Below, in pieces: positions 48,123 through 57,928 of a stretch of 64,000 nt of DNA. Under the pieces are notes generated by a model. The model searched no databases. It was not told the origin of the DNA and saw only the letters and a program-made list of their open reading frames with translations. Position 1 is the stretch's first letter, and each line of letters opens with the position of its first letter. Origin of the DNA: an uncultured Gammaproteobacteria bacterium (lineage in GTDB: Bacteria > Patescibacteriota > Microgenomatia > Levybacterales > GWA1-39-11); contig CAZAJO010000002.1 in NCBI GenBank assembly GCA_964485575.1, positions 23,230 to 87,229 on the forward strand, read 5' to 3'. The translations under genes were made by a program, and so were the position numbers.

Positions 48123-48851
48123 CTTACCACGAACCAAAAATGAGTGGAAACTCATGATCATCGCATAAATAAACCCGGCTACTCCATCCTTATAACCCTT
48201 CTTGAAGAAATAATTTTGAATAAATTTTCCAGCGGGATACATTAGGATCAAGTAAAAATTAGAGTTACCACCTGTTTCCTCCAACTCAGACTCCCTCATG
48301 CTTGAATAGGTATCCACCTCTGCTATGAATTCTTTTACTGACTGATGCGGTGCATGCACCAATGGGGTAGTTAAAGTGCTTGTATTCCCATTCACACTCC
48401 ATTCTTCATGCACTTTGCCATGCCACTTCCCTGAGTCTTTTTTTGCCAGTCTCATTAATCTGACTTCTCCAACCTCGCCATGCAGAATTTTTTTACCCCA
48501 CATAAAATCAACACGTCTTAGATAAAAGCCTGAAAATTCTTTATTATTCATTTTTGACAATATCTCATCCCGCAATTTTTCACTAACGTACTCATCAGAA
48601 TCCACAAATAAAATCCAGTTTCCGTGAGCGTTGTTGAGAGCAAAATTTCTTTGATTTGAAAAATTATTGTTAAGTGGTCGACTAAATACTTTACTCGTGT
48701 AGTTCCTGGCAATGTCTAGGGTGCGATCAGTCGACTCGTCATCAATGACGATCAATTCGTCCCCGAAATTCAGCAGTTCAAGACAGTCAACTAAATGTTC
48801 TTCGTCATTATGCGTCAAGACTATAATACTTAAATTAGTTTCTGCGGCCAT
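48081..48851 (-). CDS. GT2 family glycosyltransferase
   Basis: The motifs LSIIVLTHNDEEHL, LIVIDDESTDRT and DSDE are present. Confidence 0.6.
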   Translation of the reverse strand: MAAETNLSIIVLTHNDEEHLVDCLELLNFGDELIVIDDESTDRTLDIARNYTSKVFSRPLNNNFSNQRNFALNNAHGNWILFVDSDEYVSEKLRDEILSKMNNKEFSGFYLRRVDFMWGKKILHGEVGEVRLMRLAKKDSGKWHGKVHEEWSVNGNTSTLTTPLVHAPHQSVKEFIAEVDTYSSMRESELEETGGNSNFYLILMYPAGKFIQNYFFKKGYKDGVAGFIYAMIMSFHSFLVRGKLYLRKADTDKVSQ

Positions 48852-50661
48852 ATTTAATGTTATAGAGATATTGTTTTGTGCGCAAGTCGCTTGTTATTAG
48901 GGTAACGGTATAATCTTTACAGTTGGTTATACCCAAATGCTTGCACAGCCAATCAAAATCCCCGCCTCTAACTAAAAGCTTACTGATATTTGAGGGTAAT
49001 TTAAATATATGAGTTTCTTGATTGATGAAATAGAAGACATTTTTATACTTAAAGTCAGCATAATATAATTCGTAGACACCATAATTTGTTACCGTTTCAT
49101 ATTTTTTGATATTTCTCGTAAACTGACCATTGAAATCATAGTATGAAGCTGGATCTTTTGCTAAGTTTTTTCTTAAGAAATTATCTTTATTTGCCCATCC
49201 CAATCCATATGGCAGAATAACAAGCGTATTAAATAAATAGTATAAGGCGAGGCAAGCAAACAGGATAATCAAGCCTATTTTGAAAAGATAATTCTTTATA
49301 AAATAGATCAATCCCACCGCGGCTAGTTGATAAGTCAACAACATATATGGCAAAGAGTATCTCCCACGACCAAATCCTAGTGGAAAAAACAAGACAGGAA
49401 GCATAAGCAATATTAGTAGCAAAAAGAATTTTTTGTACTTGAAGATTTCTTTTCTCTTAACAAAAAACAGCAAAAGGAGTCCAATGACGATGAAGAATCC
49501 GTATTCGAGTGTAAAGTTGAATTTTTCACTAAATCCAGCCAAAGTAAAATTTTTCATGAACATTTCTGTATGGGAATACGTTTGCGTATTTTGTCCCTGT
49601 GAAGTGTTGATGTAAAGAGGATTACCCACAAGTATAATAGCGCGAATATACCAGGGAAGAACTATAATCAATGAACTCAAACCAAACAACAAGGTTTTTT
49701 TAGCCTTATCCATTAATTTATTGTTCTTCAACAACAATATTAGAAATAGAACCGCGAACGGGTAATAAAATAAAATCCAGATTTTACTTGCCAACGCAAC
49801 TCCAAGTAACACACCGCTTAGGATTATGTTTGTTTTTTGAATTTTAGATGTTAGCAACAACACTACGGAAAGGCTGAAACAGTATAGAGCAGGAAAATCA
49901 CTGAATGCTTGAGTTCCAAGTTGAATCATTAATGGGGCACTAACAAACATCAATGCAGCTAGAGCGCTTTTTTTATTGTCATTTTTATCCAGTAAATTAA
50001 CTCTATAAAGAAGAAAGAATATAAGTATAAAAAAGCCGAAATGTACAACGTGAGTCATCAGACCATTGCTGACCACTTGGGTTAAGATATAAAAAAGTTC
50101 AGGAAGGTGAGGAACAGTAGTATAACTTTCGTCACCCAATGCCGGTATCATGATCGTGTGATTCTCAAGATAAATTCTGGGAAATCTAAGATGATAGTCC
50201 AATGGATCACCAGCTGTTTGTGGAGGCACTAATCTTAGGAATGCAATAATTATAAAAACAAAACTAAGAATTTTTATCCAATCACGATTCTTATCTATAG
50301 TAAGTTGGAATTTTACCGGCCAGCGTTTAAAAGACCAAATCGAGACAATAGTCAAAACGCCTACCAAAAGTATCATATTCAACTCAGTAAGCAGGCCAAT
50401 CAACCCCACGATAAATATTAAGATGCTTATGAATGAATACCCTAGTGCAAAGTTTATGAAATGTGAAAGCCTACTGTCGTAATTTTTTTCGAAAAAAAGC
50501 TTTGCAAGGATCCTCCCGGTCCCATACATTATGTAAAACAATAACAATACATAAATGAGAAAAAGTGTTTGTCTAAGAAAAAATTCCGGATCGAGAAATA
50601 CACCAATAAAATCCTTTTGTAAATCGTTGACAGATTCTAAGATAAGACGCAACTTTTCCAT
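48835..50661 (-). CDS. GT-C fold polytopic glycosyltransferase (ArnT/PMT-like)
   Basis: 608 aa with 12 or more TM segments. The periplasmic loop motif is TAGDPLDYHLRFPRIY. Confidence 0.5.
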   Translation of the reverse strand: MEKLRLILESVNDLQKDFIGVFLDPEFFLRQTLFLIYVLLLFYIMYGTGRILAKLFFEKNYDSRLSHFINFALGYSFISILIFIVGLIGLLTELNMILLVGVLTIVSIWSFKRWPVKFQLTIDKNRDWIKILSFVFIIIAFLRLVPPQTAGDPLDYHLRFPRIYLENHTIMIPALGDESYTTVPHLPELFYILTQVVSNGLMTHVVHFGFFILIFFLLYRVNLLDKNDNKKSALAALMFVSAPLMIQLGTQAFSDFPALYCFSLSVVLLLTSKIQKTNIILSGVLLGVALASKIWILFYYPFAVLFLILLLKNNKLMDKAKKTLLFGLSSLIIVLPWYIRAIILVGNPLYINTSQGQNTQTYSHTEMFMKNFTLAGFSEKFNFTLEYGFFIVIGLLLLFFVKRKEIFKYKKFFLLLILLMLPVLFFPLGFGRGRYSLPYMLLTYQLAAVGLIYFIKNYLFKIGLIILFACLALYYLFNTLVILPYGLGWANKDNFLRKNLAKDPASYYDFNGQFTRNIKKYETVTNYGVYELYYADFKYKNVFYFINQETHIFKLPSNISKLLVRGGDFDWLCKHLGITNCKDYTVTLITSDLRTKQYLYNIKYGRRN

Positions 50662-51359
50662 TACTTCTTTGAGGCAACTACAATAAGAGAAATTCCGAAA
50701 GGTAATCCTTTCTTAGGTTCTATCGCTTTAAGCATCGGCACAACCCAGTTGAATGACTTGACCTGAGATTTTTCAAGTTGGCCATGATTTTTACTTATGT
50801 AGTTTCTTACGATCCAGCTCAGCAAGCCTGCCATATTGAAGAATTCTAACTCTTCAACTTTAAAACCAGCATTCTTCATTTTCTCTCTCAGTTCTTCCTT
50901 CTCATATCTTCTATAATGACCAAGGCTTCTATCAAGTTCGTTATAAGCTATTCTTTTTGCTGGTACCAAAAGTACGAGCTTGCCTGAGTTCTCAAGAAGT
51001 CCATATAAATTCCTGAGTGCTTTTTCATCATTATCTATATGTTCTAAGACATTTACCCCATAAATCGATTTAAATCTGCTTTTCACTTTACTGAGATTTG
51101 AAGCTGCATTGAATAACTCTACCTTTATATTTTTGTTTTTGGCAAACTTTTTTGTTAATGAATCTATGAGCATACTGTCTATATCTGTAAGAACTAATTC
51201 TTTAAGATTTAGCATATGCTCCGAAATGTTACCCGTACCAGCTCCAATCTCCAAAGTTGGGCTTTTCAGATAAGGTTTTATTCTTGAAGCAATCCATTTA
51301 TTATAATTTTCTGCACCCTCTAGTACCTCCAATGTTTGAACTCCGATATATTTACCCAT
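50661..51359 (-). CDS. class I SAM-dependent methyltransferase
   Basis: Motif I reads LEIGAGTGNISEHM. An acidic motif II is present. Confidence 0.55.
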   Translation of the reverse strand: MGKYIGVQTLEVLEGAENYNKWIASRIKPYLKSPTLEIGAGTGNISEHMLNLKELVLTDIDSMLIDSLTKKFAKNKNIKVELFNAASNLSKVKSRFKSIYGVNVLEHIDNDEKALRNLYGLLENSGKLVLLVPAKRIAYNELDRSLGHYRRYEKEELREKMKNAGFKVEELEFFNMAGLLSWIVRNYISKNHGQLEKSQVKSFNWVVPMLKAIEPKKGLPFGISLIVVASKK

Positions 51360-51381
51360 AATATTATTCTATCTTATTTAT

Positions 51382-52074
51382 CTATGAAGTTGCTGTCATG
51401 ATAATAGTTTTGATAACTGAAAGTCCATGTTTATAAGGACTGAGATACGACTTTCCACTTTTTCTTTGACGGCACGTAATCGGTACTGTTCGAATCACGA
51501 GATCATTTTGTGAGGCCTTAACTACAACTTCCGCTTCGTAAGCAAAATCGTTTGCGCGCGGAATAATTTGTTTAATCTTACTTTTCCTATATCCCTTAAG
51601 ACCGGTCATGACATCTATGATATATTTTCCAGAAAAAATAGTAGCGACAAAGGAGACAAAAATATTCCCGAGTAAATTCGTTTGTGTGCTTTTTTTAGGT
51701 TTAAAAAGATTACTCAGACTATATCGTGCTCCAAGAACTATATCTGCACCCTCCCTCAGTGTGTTGATCAATTTAGGTATATCAGATGCCTTCAGCTGCC
51801 CATCTGCATCGAATTGAATAATAAAATCCTTTGTAGCTTGAGAAAGTCCTGTTTTGAATGCCCCACCTTTACCTTTATTTTTTTTATGTGAAATAACTTT
51901 ATCGGCACCCTCTTTTTTCGCAATTTCTGCAGTCTTGTCTTTAGAGGCGTCATCAATAACTATTATTTCAACTTTGTAATCCCTCCTAAGTTTTGATAAT
52001 TCTTTTATGACTGAGGCAATATTTTTTTCTTCGTTGTATGCGGGAACAATCACCGAAATAGTATCTTTTGCCAT
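51382..52074 (-). CDS. GT2 glycosyltransferase, Dpm1-like
   Basis: The motifs ISVIVPAYNEEKNI, IVIDDASKDKTAEIA, DADGQ and GARY are present. Confidence 0.6.
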   Translation of the reverse strand: MAKDTISVIVPAYNEEKNIASVIKELSKLRRDYKVEIIVIDDASKDKTAEIAKKEGADKVISHKKNKGKGGAFKTGLSQATKDFIIQFDADGQLKASDIPKLINTLREGADIVLGARYSLSNLFKPKKSTQTNLLGNIFVSFVATIFSGKYIIDVMTGLKGYRKSKIKQIIPRANDFAYEAEVVVKASQNDLVIRTVPITCRQRKSGKSYLSPYKHGLSVIKTIIMTATS

Positions 52075-52108
52075 TTTTGTATAATATCATACAAACACAG
52101 TTTAGTTT

Positions 52109-52576
52109 ATGGGGAAAAGAAATTTTAAAGTGTTACTTCTGCTTCTTCTGGGGTTGTGGATCCTACTTGTTTTTTCACGGGTTATCCATAATATTTCAAA
52201 ACTATATACTGAAGAAACCCACTGGATATTTTTGACTGATGATCAAAAAAGAGAAAAACAATTTGGGGAGAAATATGTCTTTCTTAAATTTGTTAATGAG
52301 AAAGTAAATTCTCAATCGAATATCCTAATGTTTACTAATGATGGCATGGCCTACTACTTGGCAAGATATTTTTTGTACCCTACGACAGTCATATGGGGAG
52401 AAAGACAATATACAGAATGGGGGAATGATATAAACAGAGATTATTCTTATGCAATTTTCTATCCTATTACAAATCCTTCCTACACTAACAAAAAAATCAT
52501 TAACGAAGTCACCTTTACTACATTTGCTGAATTTAAAGTAAATGGATTAATAAGAGGGGTGATATACAAGAAATGA
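52109..52576 (+). CDS. membrane-anchored protein resembling the C-terminal soluble domain of ArnT-type GT-C enzymes
   Basis: An N-terminal TM is present. The motif ILMFTNDGMAYYLARYFLYPT parallels YIFLFNDTPSIYMLVDRVNPT in the 63344-64000 ORF. Confidence 0.35.
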   Translation: MGKRNFKVLLLLLLGLWILLVFSRVIHNISKLYTEETHWIFLTDDQKREKQFGEKYVFLKFVNEKVNSQSNILMFTNDGMAYYLARYFLYPTTVIWGERQYTEWGNDINRDYSYAIFYPITNPSYTNKKIINEVTFTTFAEFKVNGLIRGVIYKK

Positions 52577-53889
52577 ATACATTAATTATTATTTTTGACA
52601 TTATAATGATTTTTTTGGTCGGATATACTACCGGTTGCACTTGGCTTTTTCCAAAGACTTACTCATTTTTTAAAAAATTTGCCCTCTCTTACGCTCTTGG
52701 GTTTGGATTTATCGGTATCCAAATGTTTGTTTTGTCAGTTATTGGAATTGCGTGGAACTACGGAATTATCCTTACCCCGTGGGTAATATTTATATGTTAC
52801 TTTTTTCTAAAAAACAAAAACCTTCTACACTCTTCTGCTATTAAAGTAAAATCGATGACAAGAATTGAAAAAATTCTCGCCTCCATTCTTATAGTTCTTG
52901 TATTATTTGTAGGAATAGAATCTACAATTAGACCTGTTCAGGCATGGGATGGATGGGATAACTGGGTGTTTAGAGCAAATGTATTCTATCTGAATAGCGG
53001 AATTGATCATTATTATTTCGCCTACACAACTGACTCGTACCCCTTGATAATTCCGCTAACAACTTCTCTTGGGTATATAACACTGGGGGAGATTGACGAT
53101 AAAGCAATACTTCTTTTTTATTATTCTTTTTATGTCGTACTAGGAATCCTTTTCTATGGAACGGTAAGAGATCTTGCAAGCCGGAGAACTGCGCTACTTT
53201 TTACACTACTATTGCTCTCATCTCAAAATTTAATACGACATGGAGGAAGGTATGAAGCAGGGCAGGCGGATCTTATTGTTGGCTTTTATATATTTTCCGG
53301 TGTAATTGTCTTATTGGATTACTTAAAACTTAATTCAAATAGAGTTTTACTTCTACTTGCAATACTACTTGGGATTGCTACTCAAATAAAAAATGATGCT
53401 ATTCCTTTTGTTTTACTTTCATCTGTTTTTGTAATCTACAAGATATTAAAAGAAAGAAGATATTTAAGATTACTTTATCTAATTCCCATACCGTTGGTAA
53501 TGCTTGGGTGGGAATTATTTAAAAAGTTCAACAATTTACATCCAAATTTCTTATTCCGTAACGGCATAGAATTTCATGTAGAAAGGTTTCCTGTTGTCGT
53601 TTTTAGTCTTTTTAAAGAGTTCGGAAATATCCAGAATTGGAACATTATCTGGATAGTTTTTCTATTTTGTATTGTTATATATAGGAAGCATCTTGGATCC
53701 ACTATTTTGGTTCCTATTTTTTTGTTTTTTCAGCTTTTATTTTATGTTTTTATTTTTCTTCTTCTACCCCAAGATCCGGTTTCACAAATAAACGCTGTTT
53801 CAAACAAACTCCTACTGCACGTTGTGCCTTTAGCTGCATTTACAATTGCGATAGTGTCTATTAAAGTATTAAAGAAGCCAGGGGTTTGA
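52573..53889 (+). CDS. polytopic membrane protein, probable GT-C glycosyltransferase
   Basis: About 12 TM segments. The loop motif is VQAWDGWDNWVFRANVFYL. Confidence 0.4.
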   Translation: MNTLIIIFDIIMIFLVGYTTGCTWLFPKTYSFFKKFALSYALGFGFIGIQMFVLSVIGIAWNYGIILTPWVIFICYFFLKNKNLLHSSAIKVKSMTRIEKILASILIVLVLFVGIESTIRPVQAWDGWDNWVFRANVFYLNSGIDHYYFAYTTDSYPLIIPLTTSLGYITLGEIDDKAILLFYYSFYVVLGILFYGTVRDLASRRTALLFTLLLLSSQNLIRHGGRYEAGQADLIVGFYIFSGVIVLLDYLKLNSNRVLLLLAILLGIATQIKNDAIPFVLLSSVFVIYKILKERRYLRLLYLIPIPLVMLGWELFKKFNNLHPNFLFRNGIEFHVERFPVVVFSLFKEFGNIQNWNIIWIVFLFCIVIYRKHLGSTILVPIFLFFQLLFYVFIFLLLPQDPVSQINAVSNKLLLHVVPLAAFTIAIVSIKVLKKPGV

Positions 53890-54772
53890 TGACGGTGTTG
53901 TAGAGCAATACTAACCCTTTTTCCGGAAGAATTTTTGGTCTCCAACCTGCTTTTCGGATTTTTTCTGAGCGGTAATATATATTCGCAACCTTTTCCTTAT
54001 CGCCACTAACGAATTTAATATTACACTTCATGCCCGCAATCTTTTCCATTAGACTAATGATCTTAAGTAGACTATAGTTCTTTCCTGTTCCAACATTATA
54101 TATTCCTTTAATGTTTTTTATAACTGAAAGAAGTATCGCATCAGCAGCATCTTCAACCCATACAAGATCACGCTCCTGGCTCCCATCCCCAGTGATAGTA
54201 ACTGATGATGAATCAAAAAAATTCCTGAAAAGCTTATAGACAAATCCTTTTCTGTTCTCATATCCGTAAAGGCTAAAAAATCTTAAGATTACGTAGTCTT
54301 TACCACTCTTCTTACTCCATTCTTCAATCAATCTCTCGGCTTTCAATTTACTTTTTCCATACTCTGTGTCAGGTCTACAATTGTCATTCTCATCGTATAT
54401 TTTAGTCTTACTACTCCCGTAGACTGCGACTGTTGATACAAAAATTATTTTTCTGACCGGGCTTTTTGAAAGGCTACTCAAAAGATTTCTTGTAGTCTCA
54501 GTGTTTCCTTGGGTCATAGTTGTTTTTCCTTGCTCGATTTGTCCCGCTAAATGGATAAGAATTGTGGAGTTGGTGGTTAGCTTGGTATAATCTGTTTTTT
54601 TAAAAAGATTCCCTGACACAACCTGAACCCCATCGGGGTACGTTGAGCCACTTGAGTCGAGGACTGTTACCCTGTAGCCTTTTTGAATTAATTTTCTTAG
54701 AACTACTCTGCCTAAAAAGCCTGATGCACCTGTAACAGCGATGTTTTTATGACGAGACATTTTTAGATCCAA
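53861..54772 (-). CDS. NAD-dependent epimerase/dehydratase (extended SDR)
   Basis: The Rossmann motif VTGASGFLGRVV and the catalytic motif YGKSKLKAE (YxxxK) are present. Confidence 0.6.
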   Translation of the reverse strand: MDLKMSRHKNIAVTGASGFLGRVVLRKLIQKGYRVTVLDSSGSTYPDGVQVVSGNLFKKTDYTKLTTNSTILIHLAGQIEQGKTTMTQGNTETTRNLLSSLSKSPVRKIIFVSTVAVYGSSKTKIYDENDNCRPDTEYGKSKLKAERLIEEWSKKSGKDYVILRFFSLYGYENRKGFVYKLFRNFFDSSSVTITGDGSQERDLVWVEDAADAILLSVIKNIKGIYNVGTGKNYSLLKIISLMEKIAGMKCNIKFVSGDKEKVANIYYRSEKIRKAGWRPKILPEKGLVLLYNTVIKPLASLIL

Positions 54773-55800
54773 CCTTCACTTTTGAGCATTTTTGTAAGCG
54801 CTTTTTTTGACAACTGAACAGTTGTGTCAGAAGAATAATGAAATGGTTTTAATCTCTTCATTTTCTTATATTTCTTCTTTACGGAATCAATTTCTATTTG
54901 TGGCAGGATAACATAATATTTACCCATCTCAATAGTTCTTACGGATTCGGATACACTGACTAATGTTTCGTGAATTTTCTCACCCGGTCTAACACCAATT
55001 GTAACAATATTTTTTTTACTATTTTTTTCACCTAGCATTACATTTACGAGATCAGCAATAGAATGTGCAGGCATTTTTCTTACGAATACTTCCCCACCTA
55101 CACCCTCTTTAAGCGCTGTCATAACAAGATCAACGCTTTCTTTAAGCGTTATCATAAATCTGGTCATGTTTGGATCAGTGATTGTGATTGGCTTTGAATC
55201 ATCAATCAGTGATCTGAATAGCGGCACTACAGATCCCCTTGAACCTAAAACATTTCCATATCTTGTAGAGACAAATATTGTTTTTGAGTTGGTTTCATAA
55301 AGGTTTGCAGTTGTCATCAACCTTTCTTGTAAAGCCTTTGACATTCCATATGCGTTGATTGGCTCTACCGCTTTATCTGTTGATAAAGCAACAACTTTTG
55401 AAACATTTTCGTCTCTTGCTGCTTCGATAATATTTTGTGCCCCCAGAACATTAGTCTTTACCCCCTCCCATACATTGTATTCAACTTCCGTAATCCATTT
55501 TAGAGCCGCAGCATGGATGATAATATCCACTCCCCGTATCGCTTCTCTTACACTACGGTAATCTCTAACGTCCCCAAGAATGAATCTAACTTTTTTTTCA
55601 TTCTTATACTCAAGGCGCATTTGTCCTTGTTTTACTTCATCTCTACTAAAAACAATAATTTCTGAGGGATTGTAGCTAAGAAGCTCTCTGACTAACATTC
55701 TACCGAAAGAACCTGTGCCACCTGTTAAAAATATTTTTTTTCTTTGAATTAGGTTATTTTTTGATGCAACCATAGAAGTGTTATATTCTATCATAAGCAT
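54763..55800 (-). CDS. UDP-GlcNAc 4,6-dehydratase-like polysaccharide biosynthesis protein (PseB/CapD/FlaA1 family)
   Basis: The motifs IFLTGGTGSFGRMLV and AYGMSKALQERL (compare YGATK) are present. The track ORF extends 5' to 56046; it was trimmed to an internal Met, and the start remains uncertain (55773-55800). Confidence 0.5.
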   Translation of the reverse strand: MLMIEYNTSMVASKNNLIQRKKIFLTGGTGSFGRMLVRELLSYNPSEIIVFSRDEVKQGQMRLEYKNEKKVRFILGDVRDYRSVREAIRGVDIIIHAAALKWITEVEYNVWEGVKTNVLGAQNIIEAARDENVSKVVALSTDKAVEPINAYGMSKALQERLMTTANLYETNSKTIFVSTRYGNVLGSRGSVVPLFRSLIDDSKPITITDPNMTRFMITLKESVDLVMTALKEGVGGEVFVRKMPAHSIADLVNVMLGEKNSKKNIVTIGVRPGEKIHETLVSVSESVRTIEMGKYYVILPQIEIDSVKKKYKKMKRLKPFHYSSDTTVQLSKKALTKMLKSEGWI

Positions 55801-55849
55801 TATTTCAAGCAGTTTCGCAATTTTAATCTTATTTGATATAATACCAACA

Positions 55850-56560
55850 ATGAAAAAACAGACGACAAAAAAGCCAAAAGTAACAATAACTATGGCCGCT
55901 TTAAATGAAGAAAAAGTGATTGGTAAAGCTCTGGAAGAATGTTTTAAACTAAAAAAATTATATGACCTCCAAGTGCTTGTAGTCCTCGATAGTAAAACCA
56001 CTGATGATACCGCCGGTGTTGCGGAAAAAGCAGGCGCAACTGTCATTCAAACAGGAAAATGGAGAGGTAAAGGATATGCCCTTAGGAAAGCGACAAAATT
56101 TATTAAGGGAGATTATGTCATCCAAATTGATGCTGACTATCAATTCATGCCTTCCGATATACCTAAATTTATGGATGCTTTGCAAAATGGGTATGATGTC
56201 GCTTTGGCTACCCGTTATGAGAAGGGCGCAAAAGTCTCTAAAGATTCAGTTACTCCTTTCCGTCAATTTGGAATCCATTTTTTATCCCTTGCTACTTCAA
56301 TTGCAGCAGGCCAAAGAGTTACTGATATGCTTGCCGGGTTTAAGGGATTTAAGACAAAGGTTCTTAAGGATATCAACATGAAGGAAGACCATTATGGATA
56401 CGAGGCAGAAGTTATCATCAAAGCAGCACAAAAGAAGTACAAAATAAAAAATATTCCGATAACCTATAAAAAGAGAATGGTAGGAACCACAAAACTTATG
56501 CCGATCAAAGATGGTTTTCTTTTCCTACAAACCATCATAAAAATAGGACTTGGGTTATGA
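55850..56560 (+). CDS. GT2 glycosyltransferase, Dpm1-like
   Basis: The motifs VTITMAALNEEKVI, VLDSKTTDDTAGVA, DADYQ and ATRY are present. The start was trimmed to MKKQTT. Confidence 0.6.
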   Translation: MKKQTTKKPKVTITMAALNEEKVIGKALEECFKLKKLYDLQVLVVLDSKTTDDTAGVAEKAGATVIQTGKWRGKGYALRKATKFIKGDYVIQIDADYQFMPSDIPKFMDALQNGYDVALATRYEKGAKVSKDSVTPFRQFGIHFLSLATSIAAGQRVTDMLAGFKGFKTKVLKDINMKEDHYGYEAEVIIKAAQKKYKIKNIPITYKKRMVGTTKLMPIKDGFLFLQTIIKIGLGL

Positions 56561-56562
56561 AG

Positions 56563-57849
56563 CTAGGTGATTGCAATTTCCTCATTCACATTGTTAATTC
56601 GGTAAACTATTTTTCCAGTCCCCAATACATTCCATACATCACAAACGATACAATTTTTCTTGACTAGACTTTTGATTTTTTTAATGTCTAATTTTTTATA
56701 CATATTGTGATTGGTGGCGATAAATAGTATATCTGCGTCGCGAACCGCCTCATACACATCTTTCTCAATTTTCTGCTTTTCATATTCTTTAACATATGGG
56801 TCATGAAGAACTACTTCTGCTCTTTCGCGAAGAAGTGCATGTCTGACCTTAAAGCTAAGAGATTCTCTGATATCGTCAATCTCTGCTTTGAATGCCAATC
56901 CTAATATTGCTGCTTTCTTGTTCTTTAATTTCATCCTTTCCCTTACTAGTCTTATAAGAAACATCGGCATCGACTCATTTATTTTCCAACTTGTAGATAT
57001 GAGATCTGCGTATGGAAGATCTGATATTAAGAAAAAACCATCCTTAAACAGGCATGGACCCGCGGTAAGACCAGGCATAGTAAGTCCCCCTCTTTTATAT
57101 TTGTAGTTAACTAAATTCACGATCTCATAAATATCCCTGTGATAGTTGTGAGCCAAAACCATAAATTCGTTGGCTACTGCAAAATTAATATATCTATACA
57201 TATTAGTAAATAATTTTGATAATTCTGCAGAGACGCTATCTGTTAAAAGGGTTGAAATACCCAGACTCTTAAAGAATCCATCTGCTTTTTTCAGACTTTT
57301 TTTATCGTCTGCTCCTATTATCTGGGGAATAGATTTCATCTCTTCAATCGAATTGCCTTCAGATATTCTCTCTGGACAGAATGCAACAAAAAAATCTTTT
57401 CCAATCTTAAGATTCGTGTTATCCTCTATCAAAGATTGGACATATTTTGTTGTCCTGGGAGACACGGTGCTTCGAAGTATCAATGTCTGTCCTGATTTAA
57501 AAAAAGGTACAGAATTTATGATAGATTCATTTATCTGAGAGTAGACAGGATTCATATTCTCGTCAACGGGGGTACCCAATGTCAGAATAATAAAATCACT
57601 TTTTTTTATACAAGAATAATCAGTGGTTGCGAAAAAGTCTTTCCCGATATGTTTCTTGAGTAATGGTGCAGCCCCCTTTTCCATGAATGGCATTTTGCCT
57701 GCGTTAATCTTTGAGATTTTGAGAGGGTCTCTCCCTATCCCATAAACTTTTGAATTTTTTTCGTCAGCAAGAACTAAAGCGAGTGGGAAACCTACTCTAC
57801 CAATCCCAATAACTGATGTGATTATTTCTGTTCGTGTCCTGGAAGGCAT
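56563..57849 (-). CDS. nucleotide-sugar dehydrogenase (UDP-glucose/GDP-mannose dehydrogenase family)
   Basis: The N-terminal Rossmann VIGIGRVGFPLALVLA, the central catalytic Cys region AFCPERISEGN and the C-terminal UDP-binding domain are present. 428 aa. Confidence 0.65.
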   Translation of the reverse strand: MPSRTRTEIITSVIGIGRVGFPLALVLADEKNSKVYGIGRDPLKISKINAGKMPFMEKGAAPLLKKHIGKDFFATTDYSCIKKSDFIILTLGTPVDENMNPVYSQINESIINSVPFFKSGQTLILRSTVSPRTTKYVQSLIEDNTNLKIGKDFFVAFCPERISEGNSIEEMKSIPQIIGADDKKSLKKADGFFKSLGISTLLTDSVSAELSKLFTNMYRYINFAVANEFMVLAHNYHRDIYEIVNLVNYKYKRGGLTMPGLTAGPCLFKDGFFLISDLPYADLISTSWKINESMPMFLIRLVRERMKLKNKKAAILGLAFKAEIDDIRESLSFKVRHALLRERAEVVLHDPYVKEYEKQKIEKDVYEAVRDADILFIATNHNMYKKLDIKKIKSLVKKNCIVCDVWNVLGTGKIVYRINNVNEEIAIT

Positions 57850-57928
57850 AGAAAAAAGATAGAATCAAAAGATTATAGCACAAAAGAAAATTGCTAATTT
57901 GGCTATTTAAGTTACCAAATATATCACG

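Noticed and set aside
55801-56046. 5' extension of the PseB/CapD-like ORF
   Set aside because: It would overlap the divergent GT2 gene (55850-56560) and adds a non-homologous hydrophobic stretch. Several internal Mets precede the Rossmann motif. The exact start remains uncertain.
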